Positions 17,569-24,673 of a DNA stretch of 32,000 nt are shown here, piece by piece. Position 1 is the first letter of the stretch, and every line of letters begins with the position of its first letter. The notes under the pieces were generated by a model. That model did no database searches. It saw nothing but the letters and a program-made list of their open reading frames with translations, and was not told where the DNA came from. A program made the position numbers and the translations under genes. The stretch comes from Nitrosopumilaceae archaeon (GTDB lineage Archaea; Thermoproteota; Nitrososphaeria; Nitrososphaerales; Nitrosopumilaceae), in the NCBI GenBank assembly GCA_035631875.1, contig DASQHX010000009.1:269281-301280 (forward strand), in the 5' to 3' direction.

Positions 17569-20391
17569 CTAACCAGTTGAGGATATGTTTGTAGAAGATG
17601 TTATAGATTGTGTTGCTTGAGATTGAATTATAACTTTACTCATACGTGCTTCCTCAGGATCTATTGGTTGGTCTGTAGCTGGATCTGTTTTAATCGCTCC
17701 AATTTTATCAACTACATCTTGTCCAGAAATCACCTGGCCAAATATCGTATATTTACCATCTAAATTCGGAGCATCGCCAAGCATTATGAAAAATTGAGAG
17801 CTTGCACTATCAATGCTAGGACCGCGTGCCATTGATACCATGTATTTTACGTGTTTAAGAGTACTAAATTCAGGTGGAATTGTATATCCCGCGTCACCTG
17901 TTCCCCAGGTATCACGTGAACCATTTTTTGTATTTGGGTCACCACCTTGAATAACAAAACCTGGAATTATTCTGTGGAATAATGTTCCATCATAAAATCC
18001 GGATTTTGCAAGTTTTTCAAAGTTTGCTACAGTTTTTGGAGCAACATCATCTCTGAATTTGATGACAATGTTTCCATATTTTGTAGAAATGACACCTACA
18101 TCGCTTGTTGGATTTACACTTGTGGGATTTACAGTTGTAGAATTAATTTGAGGTGTTATCTTTTGATTTGTATTACTTGTTTGCAGCACATAGTTTGGAT
18201 TTACTTGATATAGTAAAACTCCTGAAACAATTCCAGAACTATTGCTATTAAGACTTGGTGATGAGTAGACAAGCTTTAATGGACCATTACCATCTACTGG
18301 GTATTTGATCGTTTTAGAATAAACACCAATGTATCCAGATTGATAAGTGGCTGATTGTACATGAGTATTTGGATCAAAATAAGTCACTGGTGTAAATGGA
18401 AACATTTTTCCTAACAAAGTGTTTTGCCAAAAATAATCGGTTGGCGTAAATTGATCATCTTGAAGAAACTTTGACGAATCTTCCCCTGCAATTCTCATAA
18501 ACCACTGTTTTTTACTTTCATCTCCCCCGCCACCTAGTACGTAAAGAGTTTGTCCGTTTGAAGAAAATTCTTGTCCTACTACATACACAAGAACATAGTT
18601 AGCACCCCAATCATGAAGCATTTTCCATGCTTCATCAGGGGAGCTTAGGAATATTTGTGCAATTTTTGCAATTACGCCTGTTGATAAAGTTGCATTATCT
18701 GCAAGTGTTGTTCTTCCACCTAATGTTTGAATCCAATAACCATAATCCCACCATGATGCTATAACCGAGTTTGGTGGAGTATTATTTTTTATCCAATCCA
18801 AAGTGGCTGGCCAGTCATTAGTAGAAATTGCATAATTAGAACCACCATTAAGAATGGTAGGAGGAGATTTAGTTACTGAGATCCAGTTTCCGTTTGCTGG
18901 ATAAATAGTTGGTACCAAAAGTAAAGCCACTATAATGACTACATAAGAGATACTTGCAAACATTCCTAAAGCATAGGTTGATTTTTTACTTTGTGTTGTT
19001 ACTTTCTTTGAATTATCAGATGATTTTCCTTGTGTTTGTTTCTTTGAGATTTCAGGTGGTTTTCCTAGTGTTCGTTTCTTTAAGATTTCAGATGTGATTA
19101 CAGCTAATCCAATTGATGCAAGTATAATGACAGAAGTAGCAGTTAGAAGATCTAATCTTGCAAAAGTTCCTCCTGCATAAGCTCCAACAATGCCAATTAT
19201 TAGAGCAAAGATAGTCATTTCATTTTTGATTCCTATTGGTAAAGAATTTTGATTCTCAGATCTTTTTCTAAAAATAAGCCAAATTCCCAAGCCAGCAAAT
19301 AACATCAGAGTTGAAAAATAGGTAAAGTTTTGAGTAAGATTTGGCGTAGCATGTTCTGCAACAGAATCAACTAAAGCATCCTGAGATGTAAGGAATGGAT
19401 TTATTGCATTAAGATAACGAAAGCTTGGTGCATGAAGAATATTTGATGAAATTATTGCAACTCCAGCTATAACAGATCCTCCTAAAATTGCCAAACTATT
19501 ACGTAATGCTGTTCCTTCCCTGCTAAATTTCTGAATAAATATCATTATAACAAGAAATATTGTGGGTCCGATAAGTGCAAATCCACGTACTCCTAACACA
19601 AAACTGATTCCAGGTCTTGCAAATCCACCAGAAACTGCCAATGTCACAGCAACAAAAAGAGGTATGGCCCATAGCAAGAATTTGTGATCTTTTCTAAAAA
19701 ATGGAAGAGCAATAATGAATAATGCTAACGGCATGAGGAAGAATTCAATGCCACCCCATGAAGCAAAACCAATAGCTAAAAACAAGCCTCCACCAATTAA
19801 TTTTCCAAAAGCAATCTTGCGGTTTTTTGATTTTAATCCACTAAGAAACAGGTACAGTCCTAGAAGACCATAAAAAAGTCCAAGCGGTTCTGATTTGAAC
19901 CATCCTATTGTGCCTCTTACTATTATTGGTGGAGATATTGCAAAAAATAGCGATGCAAAAAGACCAGCTGTTGTACCTCCCATAACTCGTACAAGCGCAA
20001 ATACGATAATGGCTGTAAGTGAACCAAAAACAACTGGAAATATTATTGTAAAATCATAAAGACTGGAACCAGCACCAAAAATTTTGTATAAAAATGCTGC
20101 TGTAAAATGCAAAGGAGCTTGAGATGTTGAATAGACATCTCTACCAGTTGGGTACCAGCTCATGGTATCATGCCAGTGAACGTAGGCATTTACACCGTGA
20201 TCTAAAAGATATTGTGTTGCTCTAAAGTTAAAGAAAGGATCAAATTCATTTAATTGAAAACCATAGTCGGCTGCTTGTGAACGTACCATAACAGAAATTG
20301 AAAATGAAATTGCAAGAATTCCAATGATCAGAAGATGATGTAGATGAAACTCAAAAGTTCCAACTTTAAATAATTTGAGGTTTGAAATCAA
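17569..20391 (-). CDS. aglB: AglB/STT3 oligosaccharyltransferase fused to a C-terminal cyclophilin-type peptidyl-prolyl isomerase
   Basis: Multi-TM N-terminal region with EFDPFFNFR in the first external loop, and WWDYGYW (18733-18753). The C-terminal approx. 160 aa (approx. 17623-18102) carries FHRIIPGFVIQGGD, SQFFI and LDGKYTIFGQV, which mark a cyclophilin. One uninterrupted 940-codon ORF. Confidence 0.9.
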   Translation of the reverse strand: MISNLKLFKVGTFEFHLHHLLIIGILAISFSISVMVRSQAADYGFQLNEFDPFFNFRATQYLLDHGVNAYVHWHDTMSWYPTGRDVYSTSQAPLHFTAAFLYKIFGAGSSLYDFTIIFPVVFGSLTAIIVFALVRVMGGTTAGLFASLFFAISPPIIVRGTIGWFKSEPLGLFYGLLGLYLFLSGLKSKNRKIAFGKLIGGGLFLAIGFASWGGIEFFLMPLALFIIALPFFRKDHKFLLWAIPLFVAVTLAVSGGFARPGISFVLGVRGFALIGPTIFLVIMIFIQKFSREGTALRNSLAILGGSVIAGVAIISSNILHAPSFRYLNAINPFLTSQDALVDSVAEHATPNLTQNFTYFSTLMLFAGLGIWLIFRKRSENQNSLPIGIKNEMTIFALIIGIVGAYAGGTFARLDLLTATSVIILASIGLAVITSEILKKRTLGKPPEISKKQTQGKSSDNSKKVTTQSKKSTYALGMFASISYVVIIVALLLVPTIYPANGNWISVTKSPPTILNGGSNYAISTNDWPATLDWIKNNTPPNSVIASWWDYGYWIQTLGGRTTLADNATLSTGVIAKIAQIFLSSPDEAWKMLHDWGANYVLVYVVGQEFSSNGQTLYVLGGGGDESKKQWFMRIAGEDSSKFLQDDQFTPTDYFWQNTLLGKMFPFTPVTYFDPNTHVQSATYQSGYIGVYSKTIKYPVDGNGPLKLVYSSPSLNSNSSGIVSGVLLYQVNPNYVLQTSNTNQKITPQINSTTVNPTSVNPTSDVGVISTKYGNIVIKFRDDVAPKTVANFEKLAKSGFYDGTLFHRIIPGFVIQGGDPNTKNGSRDTWGTGDAGYTIPPEFSTLKHVKYMVSMARGPSIDSASSQFFIMLGDAPNLDGKYTIFGQVISGQDVVDKIGAIKTDPATDQPIDPEEARMSKVIIQSQATQSITSSTNISSTG
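18106..18135 (-). repeat. 15-nt tandem duplication in the AglB-cyclophilin linker
   Basis: TGTTGGATTTACACT / TGTGGGATTTACAGT (13/15 identical) encodes the VNPTS-VNPTS part of the Thr/Asn/Pro/Ser-rich linker. Confidence 0.8.
19020..19091 (-). repeat. 36-nt (12-codon) tandem duplication inside aglB
   Basis: 19020-19055 and 19056-19091 are identical at 31/36 positions. They encode EILKKRTLGKPP / EISKKQTQGKSS in a Lys-rich loop before the last TM helix. Confidence 0.9.
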
Positions 20392-20419
20392 CTAAAATGT
20401 GTGAAATTTACTCTGCTTA

Positions 20420-21076
20420 TTACTCTTTTGTAAGAATGTGTACCTCACATGATTTTACTATATCTTTGAATTCTTTTGCATCAACGTCACTACCAACTAA
20501 TGTGCCATAATGCATTGGAATTGCTATCTTTGGTTTTATTTTTTCTACTGCTTTTGCAGCCTCCTTTGCAGTCATAACATAAGTTCCGCTTACTGGAACA
20601 AGCAAAACATCTGGTTTTAGATCATTCATTTCTGGAATAAGATCCGAATCTCCCGTATGATAGATTGATGTTTCACCTATACTTATAACATAACCAATTT
20701 TGTTGTCTTCCTTTGGATGAAATGGTTTACTAGTATCTGGATTAATCTTATCAATGTTATATGCAGGAACAGCTTTGATTTTGATATTGTATATTATTTT
20801 TTCTTGTCCTGGACTAAGACCTATTTTTTCTTTTGAAGGAATTTTAGTAAGTTGTTCCATGCATTCTTTTGCAGCAACAATTATAGTATTATCAGATGAG
20901 ATTTTTTTTAGATCATCTAAACTCATATGATCAAAATGATTATGTGAAATTAATATAATATCTGGATGAATAGAACTAGATAATTTGTATGGATCTATAC
21001 ATATGGTAATTGATTTTTCTAGTGTAAATGTGTCATGACCATACCATTTTATTTTAATTCCTTTGTATTCAAACAT
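20420..21076 (-). CDS. Metallo-beta-lactamase fold metal-dependent hydrolase (UPF0173-like)
   Basis: ILISHNHFDH (HxHxDH motif), HTGDS, later PMHYG. 218 aa. Confidence 0.8.
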   Translation of the reverse strand: MFEYKGIKIKWYGHDTFTLEKSITICIDPYKLSSSIHPDIILISHNHFDHMSLDDLKKISSDNTIIVAAKECMEQLTKIPSKEKIGLSPGQEKIIYNIKIKAVPAYNIDKINPDTSKPFHPKEDNKIGYVISIGETSIYHTGDSDLIPEMNDLKPDVLLVPVSGTYVMTAKEAAKAVEKIKPKIAIPMHYGTLVGSDVDAKEFKDIVKSCEVHILTKE

Positions 21077-21102
21077 GTTTTAGACAATAATTTTTGCTAG
21101 AG

Positions 21103-21482
21103 TTAAATCTTACTTGGTTCAAGAACAATTTTATCATTAGATAGAGAAATGATGGAGCCAAAATTTCTTATTCTTTTTTTCAATTCCGCATCTACCGTTG
21201 CTATGATTCCGTGATGTTTTTTTACATATAATACCAAAGCATCATCTACATCATTTCCTGAAATTGAAATTTTTTTAAAATTTTTTATTATTTCTAGTGC
21301 ATTAATAGCGGAAGTTTTTTTTTAAGATTCATGTCTTTTGAAAGTCTTTCAAGTTCATTTATAACCATATCAGGAACGGCAAATTCAATTGCTCCAATCT
21401 CGGTATCAAGATTTGAAATATTTTTTACATTTTTTGATGCAAGAATCATTAAAAAACTAGTGTCACAGACAACTTCAACCAA
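21103..21482 (-). pseudogene. Fcf1/Utp24-like PIN-domain ribonuclease gene split by one frameshift at an A9 run
   Basis: Frame A (21482-21294) gives MVEVVCDTSFLMILA...VINELERLSKDMNLKKK then a stop after 6 codons. Reading from the A9 run (T9 on the plus strand, 21315-21323) shifted by one nt gives TSAINALEIIKNFKKISISGNDVDDALVLYVKKHHGIIATVDAELKKRIRNFGSIISLSNDKIVLEPSKI, with the stop at 21105-21103. The joined product is about 126 aa and carries all four PIN acidic positions (D7, E in INELE, D in NDVDD, D in TVDAE). It sits downstream of aIF2gamma. Confidence 0.7.
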
Positions 21483-22746
21483 CTACAACACCTGCTCCAA
21501 TTAGTCTCCATCTTTCTTGAATTCTTCTACTTATTGCTACCCTACCTTTTTCAAATAGGCAGACTGGTCTTCTGAATTGTACATCTATTCTTTCACCTCT
21601 TACACTGGTTACTTTTGAAAGAACTGGAGCAGTTCCTACACTAAGTCTTAATGATTCGCCTACTTGTACAGATGAAACTTTTATTTCATCAGCTGAGCCT
21701 ACAGCAGTATCAAAGAGGTTTATCTCAAGTTTTGCAATAGAAGAATTTTCTGGTAATGTATTTGGTTTTCCAATAACAGAGCCAATAAGTGAATCGCTTC
21801 GTGTCATTGATGGATCGAGTTTTGTACCTATTGCAACTAAACCACCAGGTTTGACTTCATCTACAAGTCCTGCACCAGTTCCAAGAGAAGAGATCTCTGT
21901 AATGATTGATTCGTAGTTACCATTTTTCTCATTAGCAAGACCAGGTTTTATCTCAATTTCATCTCCTACTTTGAAGTATCCCTGAATCACACTTCCTCCT
22001 ATAACACCGCCTTTTATGCTCTTTATTTTAGTACCAGGCTTGTTAACATCAAATGAACGTAACACATGCATTACAGTTGGTTTTGACTCATCTCTTTTAG
22101 GAGTCTCAATCGTAGATTCTATAGCACCAATTAATGCATCAATGTTAAGTTTTGATTGTGCCGAGATTGGAATTATTGGTGCTTTTATAGCATTAGTGCC
22201 TTTAACAAATTTCACAATATCAGAATAGTTTGTCATTGCATCTTCGTATGAAACTAGATCTGCTTTATTTTGTGCAATCACGATTTGTTGAATTCCAAGT
22301 GTCTGTAGTGCGAGTAGATGCTCTTTAGTTTGTGGTTGTGGCACCTTTTCATTTGCTGCTATTACAAGTAAAGCACCATCAATTAGAGCGGAGCCTGAGA
22401 GCATGTTTGCCATTAAACTTTCATGACCTGGACTATCCACAAAACTTACTACCCTTGTTAATTCACTTTCCTTTCCACAGTTATTGCATTTTGGTGTAAC
22501 CGAATATCCTAAAGGAGGTTGACAGTTTTTACATTTGTAAAATGCTGCATCAGCATAACCAACTCTAATAGTAATTCCACGTTTTAGTTCCTCGCTATGT
22601 GCACTGGTCCAAATGCCAGTAAGAGCTTGGATAAGTGTTGTTTTTCCATGATCTACATGTCCAGCAGTACCAATGTTAACACATGGTTGATGTCCGTATT
22701 TTTTAATATACCAGTCAGGAAGTGTTTCTTTCCAATGCACATACAA
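21475..22746 (-). CDS. eif2g: Translation initiation factor aIF2 gamma subunit
   Basis: G1 GHVDHGKTT, G3 DSPGHE, G4 NKAD. Zn-ribbon insert CKNCQ...CNNCG. 423 aa. No ATG is available at the N-terminus, so the start is TTG or GTG. Confidence 0.95.
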   Translation of the reverse strand: MYVHWKETLPDWYIKKYGHQPCVNIGTAGHVDHGKTTLIQALTGIWTSAHSEELKRGITIRVGYADAAFYKCKNCQPPLGYSVTPKCNNCGKESELTRVVSFVDSPGHESLMANMLSGSALIDGALLVIAANEKVPQPQTKEHLLALQTLGIQQIVIAQNKADLVSYEDAMTNYSDIVKFVKGTNAIKAPIIPISAQSKLNIDALIGAIESTIETPKRDESKPTVMHVLRSFDVNKPGTKIKSIKGGVIGGSVIQGYFKVGDEIEIKPGLANEKNGNYESIITEISSLGTGAGLVDEVKPGGLVAIGTKLDPSMTRSDSLIGSVIGKPNTLPENSSIAKLEINLFDTAVGSADEIKVSSVQVGESLRLSVGTAPVLSKVTSVRGERIDVQFRRPVCLFEKGRVAISRRIQERWRLIGAGVVVG

Positions 22747-22770
22747 GTTTTAAAAATCGCCTATGTTAAC

Positions 22771-23184
22771 TTATGCCTTTTTTGGTTTGTCTGCTGTTTC
22801 CTTTTTTTCTTCAGTTGGAGATGGTGAAGCTTCATCAATTTTTAATTCGCCATCTAAGAAGCAGTTTATCTGATATGCCTCTTCAGTAATGGTATTTCCT
22901 CTAATAAGTTTACGAAAACGTTGTCCCTTTTCAGCATCGCGCAAACCAACACCTTTTGATAATAGGATATATTTTCTTGCTCCACCATGAATATCTTCTC
23001 TCAATGGAACTCCTGATTTATCGCTTCCGCCAGTAATTCGGATCTTACCAGCTTGACCTACAATCGCTGCATCTAATTCATTTCCTATTTGCAGACCTAA
23101 AAGTGGATTTGCATCTTTTTCTTTCAGTTCTCTTGTGATGGATTTTCCTATTTTATCAGATATTGTAAGCTTAAATGTTGCCAA
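22771..23184 (-). CDS. rps6e: 30S ribosomal protein S6e
   Basis: FKLTISDKIGKSITRELKE...IRITGGSDKSGVPLREDIHGGARKYILLSKGVG. 137 aa. It lies 24 nt upstream of aIF2gamma. Confidence 0.9.
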   Translation of the reverse strand: MATFKLTISDKIGKSITRELKEKDANPLLGLQIGNELDAAIVGQAGKIRITGGSDKSGVPLREDIHGGARKYILLSKGVGLRDAEKGQRFRKLIRGNTITEEAYQINCFLDGELKIDEASPSPTEEKKETADKPKKA

Positions 23185-23263
23185 GTATTTTGAAAAAGTT
23201 TCTACACTATTAATTAATCTTTGTACCTAAATCTTTTAAAATTATGAAATACAAAACTATACT

Positions 23264-23386
23264 ATGAAAGAAGAAATCAAATGCCCCAAGTGCGAAAATA
23301 TAATGATCTCAATGCAGGCATGTCATATGATTTGTACAAATTGTGGAGCGCATCTTGATTGTTCTGATAAAGGTTCATTTTGGTAA
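23264..23386 (+). CDS. Possible 40-aa zinc-ribbon mini-protein
   Basis: Hand translation: MKEEIKCPKCENIMISMQACHMICTNCGAHLDCSDKGSFW (CxxC ... CxxC). The TATA-like CTTTTAAAATTA (23233-23244) is centred about 26 nt upstream of the ATG. Below the ORF-track size cutoff. Confidence 0.4.
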   Translation: MKEEIKCPKCENIMISMQACHMICTNCGAHLDCSDKGSFW

Positions 23387-23387
23387 T

Positions 23388-23561
23388 TTAAAATCCAGTT
23401 CTATCAGGGTTGAAATTTTCTACCATGCCGCCAACTCTTTCTTTCATTAATTTCAAATAATCATCATAATTTGCTTCGAATCCACAGTGAGGGCATTTTA
23501 CATTTGTTATCTCATTATCAAGTACGGCTACTTTGTCGCACTCTGGACATTTTGCATCCAT
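23388..23561 (-). CDS. Possible 57-aa zinc-ribbon mini-protein
   Basis: Hand translation: MDAKCPECDKVAVLDNEITNVKCPHCGFEANYDDYLKLMKERVGGMVENFNPDRTGF (CPEC ... CPHC). A TATA-like element at 23579-23590 lies about 25 nt upstream. Its stop is 1 nt from the stop of the convergent 40-aa ORF. Confidence 0.45.
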   Translation of the reverse strand: MDAKCPECDKVAVLDNEITNVKCPHCGFEANYDDYLKLMKERVGGMVENFNPDRTGF

Positions 23562-23578
23562 GTATATTTTTTGTAACT

Positions 23579-23590
23579 AAACTATATAAT
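23579..23590. promoter_or_regulatory. TATA-like element between the divergent 57-aa ORF and tRNA-Gly
   Basis: AAACTATATAAT is centred about 25 nt from ATG 23561 (minus strand) and about 28 nt from the tRNA 5' end at 23614 (plus strand). Confidence 0.4.
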
Positions 23591-23613
23591 GTTAGGTCTT
23601 AAATCTTGGATTG

Positions 23614-23687
23614 GCGGAGTTAGTCCAGCCCGGCACGACGTCAGCTTCCCAAGCTGAAGGTCGCGGGTTCAAATCCCGCACTCCGCA
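23614..23687 (+). tRNA. tRNA-Gly (anticodon CCC), no intron, CCA not encoded
   Basis: Hand-folded cloverleaf. Acceptor GCGGAGT/ACTCCGC with discriminator A. D-arm with A14, G18 G19 and A21. Anticodon stem TCAGC/GCTGA with loop TT-CCC-AA. T-arm GCGGG-TTCAAAT-CCCGC. 74 nt. Confidence 0.93.
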
Positions 23688-23699
23688 TTTAATTTTAAC
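23688..23699 (+). terminator. T-rich tract directly after the tRNA (possible archaeal oligo-T terminator)
   Basis: TTTAATTTTAAC immediately 3' of the discriminator base. Confidence 0.3.
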
Positions 23700-23777
23700 C
23701 AAAAACAGTATGCAATAGGTTAATGGCAATAATTCTCATTTGTATATCTTAAAAGTGTTAGTTAGAGATATTGTATT

Positions 23778-24119
23778 CTATTTTGTTGTAAGTAAAAGAA
23801 TTGCCCTTGCAAGATCTCCTTTAGCCTCTATGAGAGCATTATTTGCAGCTTCTTGAGAAACGTTAGCTTGTTGAGCTACAAGCATTATATCTTCTTGGCT
23901 AAATACTGGTATTTCGAGTTCCCTCTCTTCATAACTTTCTGCTATCACTTGGAATATAGAATTGTCTTTTGCCTTCATTTCAGATACAGATGGTTTTATT
24001 ATTATGATTTCTTTTTTGTCAGTTTTGATTATTACCTCTTGTACATTGGAAATTTCCTTCATTTCTAGACCCATCTTGTCTAGCATTCTGCGCATTTCGC
24101 GATTTCCGCCACGCATCAT
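23778..24119 (-). CDS. nac: Nascent polypeptide-associated complex protein (archaeal NAC alpha)
   Basis: NAC domain VQEVIIKTDKKEIIIIKPSVSEMKAKDNSIFQVI and C-terminal UBA-like EDIMLVAQQANVSQEAANNALIEAKGDLARAILLL. 113 aa. Confidence 0.9.
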   Translation of the reverse strand: MMRGGNREMRRMLDKMGLEMKEISNVQEVIIKTDKKEIIIIKPSVSEMKAKDNSIFQVIAESYEERELEIPVFSQEDIMLVAQQANVSQEAANNALIEAKGDLARAILLLTTK

Positions 24120-24133
24120 ATGTAATCAATTGG

Positions 24134-24592
24134 TTAGTCTGGACTTTTTAAACTATCTCTGACCTTGATTGCTACCCCTCGTTTTAGAGAATTTATCATT
24201 CTTGAAGAGAGGATTGCTCTTCCTACAGCAATTACTCTATCTTTGTAAAGAATAGGCACGTCTGCCCCGATCAAGATGTTCTTGCCGCACCATATAACGT
24301 GTTTACAGAAAACAGAACTGCCGTTTTCCACAAAAGACTTGGAATCATCGTCTACTTCAAGACAGTTTTCTCTAAATTTCTTACTTTTTAATAACAATTG
24401 TGCAAAATAAGGTGTGACTGCAAGCCCTCCATCTATTCGCAAAGTACAAAGAAGTTTTTCATTTTTGTAGACATGCTGTATTCTTCCTGTTCTTTTTGAG
24501 TAAGTAATTTTGATTTCTTTTGGAAGATGCTTTGAAACTCCAATCCCAAATAGTGCATCCAATGTATGTTTAATTTTAAGAATTGAATCCAA
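24134..24592 (-). CDS. PUA-domain RNA-binding protein (small archaeal pre-PUA + PUA type)
   Basis: C-terminal PUA-like segment FCKHVIWCGKNILIGADVPILYKDRVIAVGRAILSSRMINSLKRGVAIKVRD. 152 aa. TTG start. Family assignment is from pattern only. Confidence 0.6.
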   Translation of the reverse strand: MDSILKIKHTLDALFGIGVSKHLPKEIKITYSKRTGRIQHVYKNEKLLCTLRIDGGLAVTPYFAQLLLKSKKFRENCLEVDDDSKSFVENGSSVFCKHVIWCGKNILIGADVPILYKDRVIAVGRAILSSRMINSLKRGVAIKVRDSLKSPD

Positions 24593-24639
24593 TGTTAACA
24601 GTCAAGTTACTGGGTTCTAATTGTTTTTGCACGCTGAAT

Positions 24640-24672
24640 ATTACTATATAGTAATTTAGAATAACTATATAG
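24640..24672 (+). promoter_or_regulatory. 16-nt perfect palindrome containing a TATA core, plus a second ACTATATAG copy, upstream of the AbrB-PhoU regulator gene
   Basis: ATTACTATATAGTAAT (24640-24655) is its own reverse complement. ACTATATAG recurs at 24664-24672, with starts 21 nt apart. The ATG is at 24674. Confidence 0.4.
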
Positions 24673-24673
24673 A

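Noticed and set aside
21294-21482. 62-aa ORF as a stand-alone small gene
   Set aside because: It is the N-terminal half of a PIN domain whose C-terminal half continues in the neighbouring frame after the A9 run. I annotated the whole as one frameshifted gene (21103-21482).
23470-23490. TTCGAATCC, a T-loop-like string suggesting a second tRNA
   Set aside because: The flanking bases cannot form a T-stem or an acceptor stem on either strand. The string lies inside the 57-aa zinc-ribbon ORF.
23562-23777. tRNA-Gly as an integration site for a genomic island
   Set aside because: There is no integrase. I saw no direct repeat of the tRNA 3' end elsewhere in the window. The flanking genes on both sides are core housekeeping genes.
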